From the NCBI GenBank assembly GCA_003990765.1, contig RBNJ01000311.1, positions 1 to 33,432 of the forward strand: a stretch of DNA of 33,432 bases. The letters run 5' to 3'. The position numbers and the translations under genes are program-made. Positions 1-13,020 of this stretch are shown piece after piece. Each line of letters starts with the position of its first letter. Position 1 is the first letter of the stretch. The notes under the pieces are model-generated. The model did no database searches and was not told the DNA's origin. It saw only the letters and a list, made by a program, of their open reading frames with translations. Source of the DNA: Jimgerdemannia flammicorona (taxonomy: Eukaryota).

Positions 1-27
<27 letters not shown>

Positions 28-32
<5 letters not shown>

Positions 33-1235
33 GTCAGATAGGCTGAGAGGTTCTGACTCTACCTGTTGACAGAGGCAAACTGGGCTTAGTAGACTTTACA
101 AAGTATCTATATTGTCTGAGAGCATAGTGGCTGAAGAGAGTAAGTAAGTTAAGAGACCAAGAGTGGGTACTATTTATACAGAGAGTGTGAGAGACCTGAT
201 ACTCCTCTTGTAGAGTGACTGGTGATCTGCTTGCAATAGTGGCCATAGATGGGAGCAGAAGGATATATTATAAAGGCTTTTGGTGAAAAGTGGTGAATAG
301 TGTAAAGAGGATTGGACTTTGGTAGAGAGGTGATAAGGGAGAGAAGAACTGGAGATCATAGATATAGAGATAGAACTGACTACTACTGAGAGGTATATTG
401 GTAGAGAATTTTCAGCTTAATGATAGAATAGAATGCTTGTGAGAGCTAGGAGGAGACATGTGGTCTGAAGTGTGGCAAAGAATGAGAATTGAAGAGGAGT
501 GAGATTGAAATAATATTTAGCTTTAAAGTAAGAGAGTGATATAATGGCTTTCTTCTAAGTTCTGAGTAGTATAGTGAAGATTCCTAAGGCAAAATGTAAT
601 GCTAAACTATCAGTCAGAGCATTTGGTGGTAGATAGTACATATGAGTGTGAGGAATGCATGGATATTGACCAGGAGGGAGAAGTAGTACAAATATCAAAA
701 CATTGACTAAGAGAATATGAGATTTTGAAAGAGTTTTGGTATAATATTACTAGCAGACTAAAATTGCAGCTCCTGGTGAGAGAGGAAGAAGAGAGATGGG
801 AAGACCTCTAGTGTAAGTTAGTGGACAAGGTTGGAGATAAATGGTTGACATTGGGATGGGCCCTGGCAATTTGAATGGAGCTGACTGATCATTGGTTTCA
901 TATCTTTGAGGAGGGCCAGCAGATTGCAGTCAGAACTAGGGTAGTACATTGGGAATAGTTAATACTTGACATTTTGAATGATTGGTGAAGAGGGTGGGGA
1001 CCAAGTGGGGGGGGCTGTCAGAATCTGGTGACATGTATTTGCAAGAAGAGTAGAGGGAGGGTTCAGGTGGTGGGTGGTTGAGTTGTCCTTCAGCAAAGAG
1101 AGATGGAAAGTGGGGAGAGGGATCCAAGGAGTATAGGCTGAAGGGTTGTGGGTGCATATATATTAGTATTTATAGATTGAGCGGTAATAAATGGAAGTCC
1201 GAGTGACTATAAAAAAAAAAAAAAAAAAAAAAAAA
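28..1235 (+). mobile_element. Degenerate non-LTR retrotransposon (L1/Tx1-like LINE) 3' portion with poly(A) tail
   Basis: No CpG seen from 28 to about 1180. A relic Cys/His motif near 640-722 reads YECEECMDIDQEGEVVQISKH*LREYE, resembling the CCHC knuckle at the end of LINE ORF2. A G-rich 3' region is followed by AATAAA (about 1186) and poly(A) at 1211-1235. The 3' end resembles the element at 29976-30494. Confidence 0.7.
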
Positions 1236-1243
1236 TATAACAG

Positions 1244-2050
1244 AATACGAGAAACCCGTTATCACCATTTCCCGACGAATCCCTCGTCGAATCTTGATTT
1301 CCGCTCGCTCCTCGCCCTCCGCCTTGTTACTTATGCCTGGCACAACATTATTGATGAGTACGAAACCACACTTTCCGACCACCTGATCAACACCACCGTC
1401 GCCTTCGAGGCCCTCAACACCTTTGTCAACATCCTTCCCGACCGGGGCTTCCGGCGTTACAAATTCCTCGCTGACAAGGAGCGCATTGTGCAAGATATAA
1501 TTTATCTCACTGAGGGCTTCCACCGGATGCCGCAACCATCGAGAAAGATCGTCTCGTCTCCTCCATGTTTCTCCTCTGGTCGGTCCTCCTACGTTATCGT
1601 GAAAAAGTCTTCGCCGCGTCCAACCTCTCCGTCATGCCTAGCATCCTGTCCTTACAGGCTCATGCACTCGAGCCGCTCCCCAGCGAGCTCCTGTACGACA
1701 TCACGACTACGGCACAGATGTTAGAGCGTAGTCTAGCCGTCAAGCTCTCTCGACACCGTATGACCATCCTTGGCCGATTGCGATTGCCCACCTCCCGTCA
1801 CACGTTCGATCGATATGTCCGCTATATTATCTCGAGCGGAATGGAGCGCGTGCACGGCGTGCTGATGACTGAGGATCACAGGGTGCTCGAGTCACCGTGG
1901 CTGACGCAGGGCACCGGGGAGCAAGGGAGGCCGTTGGGGAGGTCATTGAGGCATGCGGTGAGAATGGTTTTGATTTACAGGCAAGGCAGAGTCGACGAGG
2001 TCGATTACGAAGCGTTCGAAGCGGAGTCGGACCCCGGGGAGATGGCGTGA
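1244..2050 (+). pseudogene. 3' part of an unknown protein-coding gene with a 1-nt frameshift near 1510-1520
   Basis: Protein-like frame (RIRETRYHHF...IIYLTEG) after a possible acceptor CAG at 1241-1243. It continues in another frame (GLPPDAATIEKDRLVSSMFLLWSVLL...GEMA*) to the stop at 2050, with no intron between the two. An AT-rich 3' UTR-like stretch follows. Confidence 0.5.
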
Positions 2051-3690
2051 AGGATCCAAAGATTTAAAGATGAAATGTATTTCCGTTTATTTATTTTTGC
2101 CTTCCTCAATGCTTTCCAATTCTTTATCTCTGTTCAGTATTTCGTATGAATCTATATATGTTTTCATACTATTCGAAACTTGGCTTCTGATTTGTGATGG
2201 TCCTCTCGTTTATTGTTTTTGGATCTTGTTTATTGCATGACATTCTTATATATGCTCCGTCGCCATCTCGAAGCCAGATATATTGCCAGAGTTTTATGGC
2301 TTTAAAGAAGTGTTCGGGGGGAGGGCGCCTTCGTATGACAGTCATCTTACCTCGATGAACACTGAAATTCTACGGATGGCTTGAGTCGGACTCAGATAAC
2401 TAGGATTGGCCATTACTAGCCACCACTGCTTTGGTACCTTTAAGGACAGCTCCCTCCGAGCAAGATCCTCCGAGGACATTGTTTGTTATTATATATAAAT
2501 AAGCTTCCGTCGTCGCTCGCCGCTCGCCACTCACCGCCAGGCCACCAGCATAGCGAGGACATCTTCCCCAGAGTATTTATGTTCAAAAAGGGCGTCTAAG
2601 AGTACAATTTTCCCTGTAGAATCTTATCGCTTGTCGAGTCCATTCTTGACCGCCTTCTAAGGTCGTGAGGAGACATGGTTCGATGTATGGAGTTTTTATT
2701 TTATTATTTTATTTTATTTTTTACGACGTAAGGGTTGATCCTTGAAGTAATTCATAATGCTTTGATATTTCACTAAAGAGTTGACTGGATGTAACCGAGA
2801 GGTATTTCAACCGAAATATCTACCAATCTTTTAAAAGTTCTCGGTTCAACCCCTGCATCTCGACGCCATCCAGTCATCCGATGTATCACATCAAGCAGAA
2901 ATGTAAGATTCAACTTGACTGGCGCATCCAGAAAAAAAAAAAAAAAAAAAAAAAAACACGACCTTCCTGACTCATCCCCAGTTGTAATTTCATACGCTCC
3001 CGCCATTAACTCAGCATACGAAAGCACACTCTCACCACGTCCTATGAAAAAAAATTGAGAATCTATGTATGCATTTCATTACTATATCTCGATAGAAGGG
3101 TTCTCATGTTGCGTTTTCATAATACATTGTGTGTGGCAAGCCGGAGAACATTAACAATTGTCGAATCCGGAATGGTCGCAAAAACATTTGACAAAGATTA
3201 GGTCATTAATATGAACTCGAACGGTGACATTTGAACCAGATAATACAGATAGACATCCTCCATTCCATCTATATCAATAGTTTTGCTTGCCTAAGATATA
3301 TGTACACAAGCCTACAACCCAAACCCCATTAGCCTGTACCCCGGCGTGATGACTGCCCTGCGTGCGCGCAGCACGCACGCCACAGTCGAAAGATTGGATA
3401 AAAAAACGGAATATGTGGCCTCCGGCAATCCCCGAAATGGTGTGGCGACCGAACGGAGAATATGCGAAGCAAATACAAACGTAAAGGGTGAAAACGATGA
3501 TACGACATGGTGAAGGATTTGACGAGAAACAAGGATAGATAAGAGAAATGAGAAAAATGTCGAACGAGAAAACCCATTACAGGGAACAACCCAAGAAGAA
3601 AAACGGTCCTCCCCCAGTCGCTTTGTATATATAACCAACACGAAATAACCACAACATGTCCACAATCCCTATTCTCACCCGCCCACGCGT

Positions 3691-6654
3691 TTATGACTTC
3701 TCCGCTGCCACTTCCTCCGCCGACGATCCAGATCCTCCCAGTGCCTCCGCGGCCTCTAGCTCCACAGCCGGAAGGACGGGGACATTGATCTCCCTCGCTT
3801 GTGTGAAATGTAGCCGAGACTCTCGATTGGCGACGTTGACGATGCGATATTGGTTGCCTGTGTGAGAGATAGAATATGTCCACTCATCAGATCAACAAAT
3901 AAACTGAAATGTAGAAAATGAACGTAGGATGGGCAGAGATTCGAGGAGGAAAGAGAGAGAGCGAGAGAGAGGGAGAGAGAGAGATGTGCTTACCCCTCGG
4001 TACGATGAACTGCCCTCCTGTCGAGATTACGAAGGTAGTCTTATGTATCGTCACGCGTACGGAACCGGAGATAACGTAGAAAACCTGTGCGTATATTCAC
4101 ATACCATGAACACTTGTCCATCAGTTCTTTCCGTTTCCTACGATCACTCCAGCGCTTTAACCAAAACAAACTACACTAGCCTACCATGGCGCTCGCTCTA
4201 GAGTTCTTGTTCGGCTTCTCTGCCCCCTTGGGCAATAAGACGATGCCGGATGACATAAACTCGCCCTCCGAGAACACCTTCTGGAACATGTACGCCTGGT
4301 TGTTCACGGCCTTAGGCTTAAGCATCGAGCCAATGACTGCTATGGCTGCATTGAAGCGGGAATCACGGGTTAGTACGTGAGTGAATTTTCGCAGGCACAT
4401 ACCCGACGCTCGGATGTCAAATACGAATGTGGTTATACATACGCCTTCGGATCTCCTGACCCGACCCGTACTGCACGACGACACCCTCTGGGAGCGGTTT
4501 ATTCACAGGATCTTCCTTCGGCTTCTTCCGCCCTCTCGCCAGGTCCCGCGCATCTTCGTTGTCGTCCACGTCGTCGTGCGAAGGATGCCGTTTGCGTTTG
4601 ATCCCGATTTCTTCGTCTTCGGAGGGGACGCGGATGATCTTTGTGATTATGGGGACGATGGCCGGGCCTAGAGTCGTGGCAGAAATAAAGCATGGAACAG
4701 AAAAGAACCAGATTGATAATCGTGGCGGCGTCGTGTTAACTGTCGAAGTTCACGTGGGACAGGAGGAGCAATACAAACGGGGATCTTGGCATACCGGACT
4801 TTCGCCTGCCGTACACCACTTTCTCTCCCGCCCAAAACTTGAGGGGCGCAATCTTCGTCCGTCGGCTACGTCGCACTACAGTTCGTGCATGGAAGAATTA
4901 TCGTTGTCACGGTGAGAATACTGATACAGTAGTGGGCTAAAACCCCAGAAATGTATAACTTCGAAGCAAACGAAAAGAAACTATATTGCCCAGCACTCGC
5001 CTTTCCCTTACCTCCCGTTCGGCCTCCTTGTTCGTCCTCCTCCTCCTCCTCCTCCCCCTCCTCTTCCTCCTCCCTCACCATAACCTCCACCTTGCTTCCT
5101 CCGGATAACGCTGGCCTGCCCTTCTTCGCAGCAGGTTTCGCTTTACCGTTCGGCTGTACTTTGATCGACCGCAATCTCCCCTTCCTTGTCGGTGGCGTCT
5201 CTTCTGTGTCGCGTTCGCTCAGCGGTGCTTTCTCTTCTCCTTGGTTTTCGATCTCGCACTCCTCCGGCTCCGAAGAAGGTACCTTGACGAGCGATGGCCT
5301 GCCCCTGCCCCTCTGTGCCTTCGCCGGCGCCTTCACCTGCGCCTTAGGAATCTTCTTGGCCGCCGAATTCTTCTTCCCGCGTCGATTCGGCAGCAGCGGT
5401 TCTTCTTTTTCTTCATCCTCCTCCTCCATCTCCTCTTGACCCGCCTTCTTCCCGCCCGCGCTACCACGCTGCTTCTCCATGGGCGTCGCAGCCGCCCGCC
5501 TACCGGACCTCGTGCCCGATGTCGTCTCCCCGGCCTCGTTCGCCGCGGGTCTGCCACGCCGCCCATTTGCGCCGCCGCCGAGATTGAATGCCGCGCCCTC
5601 GTCGTCCATTTCAGGCTCGGGTTCGTCCTCTTCCTCCTCCGTTTTCTTACCTCGTCTCATGGCATCCCTCCCGCCATTTCCCTCTCTGTCCCGCAATAGC
5701 ACCAACCCCTTTTTCTTCATCCGCCTGACTTTCGTCGCCTTGGCGGGTGTGGCGCCTGTGTCCGACTCGTCTTCCTCCTCGGGGTTACGGCTTCTGCTCT
5801 CGTCGTCGCTCCCCATTGTGTTGCCCGGATTGGGAAAGAGTAACTTGCGTACGGACTGAATCTCGAGCGACGAGACGGAGCCGGCGTCTACGTCCGTGTG
5901 AACATCGTCGTAGGGGAGGGTATCATCGCTGCGGAGGACGAGGAGGGTGGAACGGGAGGGGGAGGCTAGGTCTGGAAGAGGGAGGGGGAATGTTAACGAG
6001 TTGGTGCAAAAAGGGCTGAAGAACTAGGGAGAGTAAAAGGTGGAAAGGTACACTGAGAGTATCATGAGGTTTCTATACCTGCATTCCTTTTAGGCCGAGT
6101 CTCAGCTTGTACAGTGGGATCTGAGAGAAATGAGGAAAATGTAAAGCTGAATGAATCTTAACTATATTTCTTACAATCTCCCACGTCCTCAAACAAAACA
6201 AAGATAGAGAGTTACCATTTTTCCTTGCTAGGGCCCCCGCTATTTCCTCCTGTAGTGTTCTTGGGGATGACTGCTGTTGCGGTTGGTCCTGCTGTTGCTG
6301 CTGCTCCTGTTGATTGACATCGCCGTTGATATCGTCCGGCAGGATCGGTCCGTCGTCGCGCTGCTCTCCCTGATCATCCCCGTCTGCAAAGCTCTCGTCG
6401 GCGTCGCCCGGGTGCAAAGTGGATTCGTCGTAGAAGTCGCTTACATTTTCTTGACCGTCGTCATCCTGCTTCACGTTCGCCTTGGCGGTGCGACCGGTTT
6501 TGCTGTTTGGCAATAAGGGGGGGTAGTGAAGTCAGGTGTTTTGGGGTTATACACAAAAAGAACGAAAAGAGTGTGTGGCATACCGTCCCCTAATGCCAAC
6601 GTCTTGTGTGAACTTGTTACGGTCAGTGTTGTTCTGATTTCTGCTGCGCGACAT
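3691..6654 (-). CDS. MIF2: Inner kinetochore protein CENP-C/Mif2 (about 9 exons)
   Basis: ATG at 6654; N-terminus NKFTQDVGIRGR|KTG...DDDGQENVSDFY. CENP-C motif VRRSRRTKIAPLKFWAGEKVVY at about 4810-4876. C-terminal cupin FQKVFSEGEFMSSGIVLLPKGAEKPNKNS...VFYVISGSVRVTIHKTTFVISTGGQFIVPRG|NQYRIVN. GT-AG introns; stop at 3691-3693. Confidence 0.93.
3951..3984. repeat. (GA)n microsatellite in the last CENP-C intron
   Basis: aagagagagagcgagagagagggagagagagaga. Confidence 0.8.
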
Positions 6655-7101
6655 GGGGGCGGGTAGGCTAATTAATAACCGAGTTAGCTGACTCTTCTAA
6701 AGTGGTATCGTCGTTTGTTTATCTTCGCGTGACGTCATCCTGGCCCTCTTCAGCCACCCCCGTTTGTCATCATCATCAGATATTTCACTTTTTTTTCCTC
6801 CCCACCCCAGGCAATCGGGACAAAATAGTATTATTGCATGACAAACATTCATGCGACTAACATATCCATCAGCTTTTCAACCCTGGCTTACAGAACCTTT
6901 TCGACCAATAGCTTGCTCAGCAATTCTCTCCACTCTTTTGATGTTCTCCAATATTCCATAATTACACTTTATTATCTGAACTGTCAATTTTATTATAGTG
7001 GAGTCATGCAATTGCATGAACAAAATGTACTAGTCACCGATCAAGATCAACCTGGAAAAAGGCGGACACACATGTAATGATATACATTTAACCTGATGAA
7101 C

Positions 7102-8036
7102 CTAGCTAGTAACTCTAGCGGTTGTGTCTTCCCTTTTACCGTTCTCCACGGCGTCATTTACCTGCGCTTCAATCTCGAACGCGTAATGCCACGTTCTGAA
7201 GTACTTGCCCAGGCTCGTGTTGACATCCTTGTCCGGGTTCCCGTTTGCGGGGGCTTCAATGAAGTGTTGGCAAGCGATAGCCATCTGGGTGGCACATACC
7301 TTGGCGGGCAGCCTTCCGACGGCGGTGCCGAGCCCCATGAGGATGACAGCGTCGATACGGACGTCGCCTGCACCGAGCGTCATATTGTGGCGCCGGATCG
7401 ACGTCAGTATCGACCACGTGCTGCGGTAGACGAGGTCGTCGTCTGGGTCGAGGGTTTTAGGCGTGCGCATCGTCGGCGTGTGCGCAAGGTAGCGCGGGAG
7501 GCGTGAGCCATCTGGGAGGAGCGTGCGGAGTGAGTCGAGGTCGATGATACAGCAAGTGGCCGTGTTCTGTTGGCCGGCCCACTGAGAAAGAGAGAACGGC
7601 GTCAGTCTGCAAAGTTGGGGATGCTATGACAGATAATGAAAGGCAGGTAATTCTGTAAGTTTGACCTCAAAAAAGAATGACTATTACTCGCCTCTAGGTC
7701 CAACTTCCTCTGAACATGCGGCACCATCACCGCCGTCCCGCCGTACATCTCTGACAGATTCATATCCACGCCGCCATCCATAAGTCCGAAGCCGTTGGCA
7801 GGCGACATGATGCACTGGGCTGTGACCTCCTGCACGAGCTCTTCAATCCTGGTCTCATGGATCGAGTATGTTATCCTCGACTGATTGGCCGCGTCGGGTG
7901 CGTTAACCTGTTGCAGTGGCGTCTTGGTGAACTCCTCCTTCCACTCGTTACAGAGCTTGGACTTGATGTCGCAGAGGAAGATGTGAAATGCCCATGGTGG
8001 GGGGTCAGAGCTTGAGCTACCAGATTCTTGTGCCAT
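7102..8036 (-). CDS. Macrodomain (ADP-ribose-binding/hydrolase-like) protein, 2 exons (8036-7692, 7581-7102)
   Basis: Macro motif SPANGFGLMDGGVD, followed by RYLAHTPTMRTP and GLGTAVG. The exons join in frame (KLDLE|WAGQQ) through a GC-AG intron at 7582-7691. Confidence 0.88.
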
Positions 8037-8451
8037 GGTAAGATGAAGGACGAGCAAGAGATATGGGGTAGCCATAATATTTGGCGCGCCAGCACGTGCG
8101 AAAGTTTATTACATATGGAACCACCTTGATGCTTCCAGAAACGTGACCGCAGAGAATGATGGTACTTTAGATCATCGTTCGGGCGGCGCAATATATTGGA
8201 CGGTGATAACATGGTTCAAAGCGAAAAAAAAAAACACTCTTTTTAGATATCAAATAATAACGGACGGGTAGGTATCTTTACTCATCCATACCTGTTTGCT
8301 GTATAGTTGTGTGACCCAGTCACATGTACTCATAATTGTTGAATTGGGCAATGTTGATTCGCAACCCTTGCAAACGTCGAGTCGGTTGCTACGAGGCCCC
8401 CTCGATATGCAGCAGCCGTTACTGGCGGACAATCGATACAAACATATTCAC

Positions 8452-8548
8452 TCTGCTCGCATCCCCCCCACATGGACAGCCTTTACCAAGGGAAAGCATC
8501 TATTCTGCTCGCATCTCTCCCACCCCACACGGACGGCCTTTACCAAGG
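8452..8548. repeat. Two-copy imperfect direct repeat (about 50-57 bp)
   Basis: tctgctcgcatc...cccca-catggacagcctttaccaagg followed by tctgctcgcatc...ccccacacggacggcctttaccaagg. Confidence 0.7.
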
Positions 8549-9673
8549 CCGCGTGTTATTGGAGAGATTCACGCCGCACACAAAAGACTCAGATCGGCTT
8601 TGAGCGTGGTGGCTTGCCTGAGAAATAATTATGTAAGTTGGAAAGGGGTATTTATTCGTTTATTCCCGCAGATGATTCTATTCCATTCTTTCAGTATGAG
8701 TGGGGGGGTTGATTCCCTATCACCATTCTTCTAACCGGAAAAAGAAACATCCGGAAATGCCTCCGTTCGGTTGTATGATGTGTGGTATACACAAACAGCC
8801 TTGTTTCACGTTGGACGACTTTTGTGAGGGTGGGATCTATCGGATGGTGAAGATTACAATCCGTGACACGGCCACACGTCACCAGGGTGCTACACACGTC
8901 ACCCAAGCCAAAGCAGTCATAGGATAGACGTGTTTGTGTGCGCAAAACCGGATCGCCAGGGATAATATCCGCTTGGTCCGTTTGACAGGCTGTGGCGAAG
9001 TTCTGATTTTCCTTTCCAGGTTTTCCGTGTGGCGGGCGGTGCGACATGAAGCAATTTGACGAGAGGATCTGTAATCTCGGAGAATTCATTTTGGACCACA
9101 CATCACTTTTCGTCTTTGGATTGGTTTGCGATTGCCCAAGTGACGGTTTCCATCCAGCCCGGCCTGTCGGTTCCAATTTTCGCAAGGCGAATCTAATGAA
9201 GAGGTGGCATCAAAGATAATCATCGGGCCAAACAACAGACATTTTTGGTGCTTCTCCCATCCAGATTGCGGTGCTTGGTCATTTGGAGGGGGCCCAGATC
9301 ATTGCAATATATACAATATATACCGAAACTTGTGGAAGGCACAATCGGTTCGGGCAAAAAAAGATGCAGCAGTGCGCGTGGCGTTTCGTGCTTGGTGCTT
9401 GTTCATTAATTTTAAAATTAATATCCAGGAACCAGATTTGACACCTTCTATATACATCGAGGATGCCCGTTGGCAAGTTTCATTTGTAGAACCCACATAG
9501 TGTGCATATGCGCGAAACTCCCAAATATTTTAGAATATTTTCCCCATTATTTATTTATTTATTAAATTTTAATAATAATAATAATAATAATAATCCCATC
9601 ATGAGACCCGCTCGAATGTGAGCTAGACGATCCATTCCATATCCGAAACACCGGTTTATTGACATCCTAGCAA

Positions 9674-11493
9674 TCATACGGAATCGTGACGAACTAGATC
9701 GTTTGGGAAGAAGATCTTTTCCGTGTTCTTCCACACAGTTTCGGCCAATGCCTCGGGGTCATCACCTCGTACAGAAGCCATAACATGAAGGACTTGGCTA
9801 AATACAAGAGAGCATAAGCGAACGTTGGTCAACAAAGTTCAAGTAGATAAAAATAAAAATAAAATAAAAAACACCATATGAATGTCGGACATGTGAATTG
9901 GAAATTTACGAATCGTTACATGTTCCACCCGTCGATAGTCGAGACTACGCTCGAATGGCGAACCGAGGATCGGGACGAGTACCCAAAAAAATGCCCAATG
10001 TAAACAAAACGTGATGCTTACCCAACCGTGCAAGGCTCGTTTCGTGACTTGACCATGCAGCCAATCTCAAACCTCTCCATCGCCTTGCGCGGAGGTGCGT
10101 ACAACACCGCTTCCGTTGTGGGAATCTTGTCAAGGTATGCGGAGGATGCATGGGTGGCTCGGATGTCGCACCAGGGCGCATCTGACACAAGCATTTACGG
10201 AAGGATTATTATCCACGTGTAATCGAAAACCGACAGCGGGTGGAAAAACACACGGACCTGTTTCGATCATGAGACGATCCTCTGGGATTCGCTTGAGAAC
10301 CTCGAGGTTCTCTGCCGTCTTGAGTGAGCTTCGTGGGGATAATCGATATGTCCGTGTGATCAGGTGGCCAAAACACCGCGCAAGAAAAAGGCAAGGGATA
10401 TTGCGCTAATTGGTCTTGTCATCCCGTAACCGACTTACCATCCATTGATGCTGAGGTACAAACCCAATGCGACGACGCGTTCCATCTCATCGAGTTTGCC
10501 TGTGAACGAATGCATCACACCCGTCGTGAACTTGTGACGATGTTTCTGCACTAGATGTATTCCAAATTCCAAACTCATATGTCAAGGAAGCTTATAGGTT
10601 CGTGTCCCGGACTTCAATGGCACGGGGAAGCCCAAACAATCCTGGTACGGAATGACACACATGGAAAGGATATCGACAAAGTCACCGCCTGTGTTCCTAT
10701 TGTGCAGAAACATCGGCAGCCCCGCGGCCGCGGCGAGGTCAAATTGGAGCTCAAAGTACCGCAGCTGTACCTCTTTAGGACAGAACTCGAGGCGATCATA
10801 GTCTGGGAGAAGGCGTTATTCCGCGGAAAAGGGGGTTCAGTTATTTGGCGGCGAACGAAATTTCGACTTCCGCGCAGGGTTTGCCTACCTAAACCACACT
10901 CCCCGATAGCAACCACCTTTCCTTTAGCCTTTTCCGACATCACCAAGTTCATTAGCTGCATGTAATAGCCCTCAGGGCCATCAGGGTGCCGCTCGAAATC
11001 TTGGCAACGTGTAGGATGGCAGCCAACGGTTGAGTACAAGCCTGTATCCGCATGCGCCTCGTTAGTAATCAGCGGAGATGAGATTTGTTTTCCCATCGCA
11101 ACTCAAAAAGGATCAGAAGAGCAAGGGGATTTATGATTAGTATGGTTACCATGGGCTTTGGCGATCTCCAAGGCCTGCTCGCTCTCCGTCACTGAACCTG
11201 CGGTTATTATCATCTTCTCCACACCAGCCACCGTGGCACGCTGTAGGACATGCTCCAAATCGTCTGTGCGCCATATGTAATTACAATAGATCAATCATGA
11301 GGTTGACCGCAAGCTAGATCCAAAAACCCTACGCCTACCAGCATGTCTACGCTTGCCCCTGTAGATGCCTCTGAAAACTGGATCGGTCAAATTGACACCA
11401 ATGTCTTGTTCCAGAACAACAGAATGCGTGGTTAGACAATTGTCGGTATAACACATGAATCGGCTGAAAAGGGAACTCACCAATGAACCGCAT
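9674..11493 (-). CDS. TatD-family DNase (TATDN1-like), about 9 exons
   Basis: [92 protein letters not shown]; stop at 9674-9676. Confidence 0.95.
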
Positions 11494-11948
11494 GGTTGCG
11501 CTTTCTCTCCAAACGGTCGTAGAATTCGTTCCAGTCGAGATGTTTAGATCACGTGAAAGACGGAAAAGATTTTTAACAAGCCACTCACGTGATCTGGGCG
11601 CAATTCCCACGGGCGGAAATTGATATTGAAATGGAAACAGAGAGGCGCGTTGCCAACCAATTTTATCGAGCATTCTGCAATTCGCCCAATGCTATGGATC
11701 ATTACTACCACCAAAGTCCGTCGCAGTCTCGACAGCGTGGGGGGATCCAAGTGCTATCCAGCCTGTGTCAATCGGGAGGGCCCAGACACGTGGACCCAAC
11801 ACCTCCCCACCAAATAGAGTCAACACAACGGGGTCATTTGTGTTTGTTTGCGTCGCACCAAGGAGGTTATCACTGTCGAAGCGCGGCTCGCTTTCCTGGG
11901 CCTGGGGAAAAATTTCGCCTACCCCATCTAAGATTATGATTATGGCGG

Positions 11949-11986
11949 TCTTTTTTTTTTTTTTTTTTTTTTTGTTCAGTGTAAAA

Positions 11987-12022
<36 letters not shown>

Positions 12023-12027
12023 TTTAA

Positions 12028-12062
<35 letters not shown>

Positions 12063-12100
12063 GTACAGTATAATGAGTGTAGTGTAGTGTAGTGTATAGT
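11949..12100. repeat. Compound poly(T) tracts followed by (GTGTA)n
   Basis: Three T runs of more than 20 nt separated by short GTT..AAAA spacers, then gtgtagtgtagtgtagtgta. Confidence 0.8.
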
Positions 12101-12642
12101 TGTGTATGAAATTCTACGTCATATAGGCGAAATCATTAATATATATATATATATATATTTTTTTTGTTTTTTGTTTTTTTTTGCTTGCTGTATGTGTATA
12201 TGTGGTTCTAAGTTCTAATATGTACACTGGGTTTTAACGCTTTGTCTCGCGTGGAAGCCTTCTATTACTTTTATCGGCGACCCCCGTGGAGAGTGCAAGA
12301 GGTGAAGCGATTGTCTACGCTAGATAATATATACATTTTGCAACTCTCTTCAGCCTAATCTAATGTTATGTCCTGTCAAAGGAATGTAGGTGGGGGTATG
12401 TAGGTGGGGTATTTTGTTTTTGTTGTTTACGACTCCTATCGTGCCTGTCCCACGATTATTGTCTTTCTTATAATATTGTCTGATTCCACCGGTGCCCATA
12501 TCGGTGAGCGCGAAGGTGACTCCTGCTAATCTTGCACGATGTTGCTCGTCGTCGGCCAGTTAGGTTGAAGGAGAGGAAGGGTGTTTGTGCCACTGATTGA
12601 TTGCATATTTTTTTTCCGCACTGTGTGCCTTAAGAATTGCTT

Positions 12643-13020
12643 TTAGACGCTATCGAAGCTCCAGTTGAATTCATCGAGGTAGTTGATCTCGGGCTTAACA
12701 TCGAATTCCATCTTCACCGTCTCCGTGCGGGCCTCCTCCAACCTCGATTCCAAGGTGGCGATCCTCTTCTCAAGATGGTTGACTTGCGTCATGATATCAT
12801 CGTACGCGGTGAGCAGCTCACGATCCACATCTTCAAGCCTCGATGTGCGGGGCATGGAGCTGGGCGAGGGCGAGCGCGACGAGTAGGCCGTGCGCAGGCT
12901 CTCGAGCATGACTAGGATAGTGGCGAGCTGGTCTTGGGTAAAAGCCAAGTCCCGCTCCAGGTCGGAGACCGTGGGGTTCGGCTCGGGTGTCCGACGCGTT
13001 TGGGAAACTGGGCTTGACAT
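12643..13020 (-). CDS. Small coiled-coil protein of unknown function (125 aa, intronless)
   Basis: ATG at 13020 (MSSPVSQ...). Heptad-like helices LERDLAFTQDQLATILVML and AYDDIMTQVNHLEKRIATLESRLEE. GC3-rich codons and a long AT-rich downstream region. Confidence 0.75.
   Translation of the reverse strand: MSSPVSQTRRTPEPNPTVSDLERDLAFTQDQLATILVMLESLRTAYSSRSPSPSSMPRTSRLEDVDRELLTAYDDIMTQVNHLEKRIATLESRLEEARTETVKMEFDVKPEINYLDEFNWSFDSV

Noticed and set aside
2930..2956. Poly(A) tract as a retroelement tail (also poly(T) at about 16045-16068)
   Set aside because: No TSD or LINE 3' motif seen; long homopolymers are common in this window.
4951..6019. Several + strand ORFs (Ser-rich, Arg-rich)
   Set aside because: Antisense shadows of the low-complexity CENP-C exon.
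8250..9500. Short overlapping ORFs between the macrodomain and TatD genes
   Set aside because: No recognisable motifs, splice pattern or codon bias.
7102..11493. Macrodomain + TatD as a defence or repair gene cluster
   Set aside because: Both are ordinary conserved eukaryotic genes; adjacency alone is not evidence.
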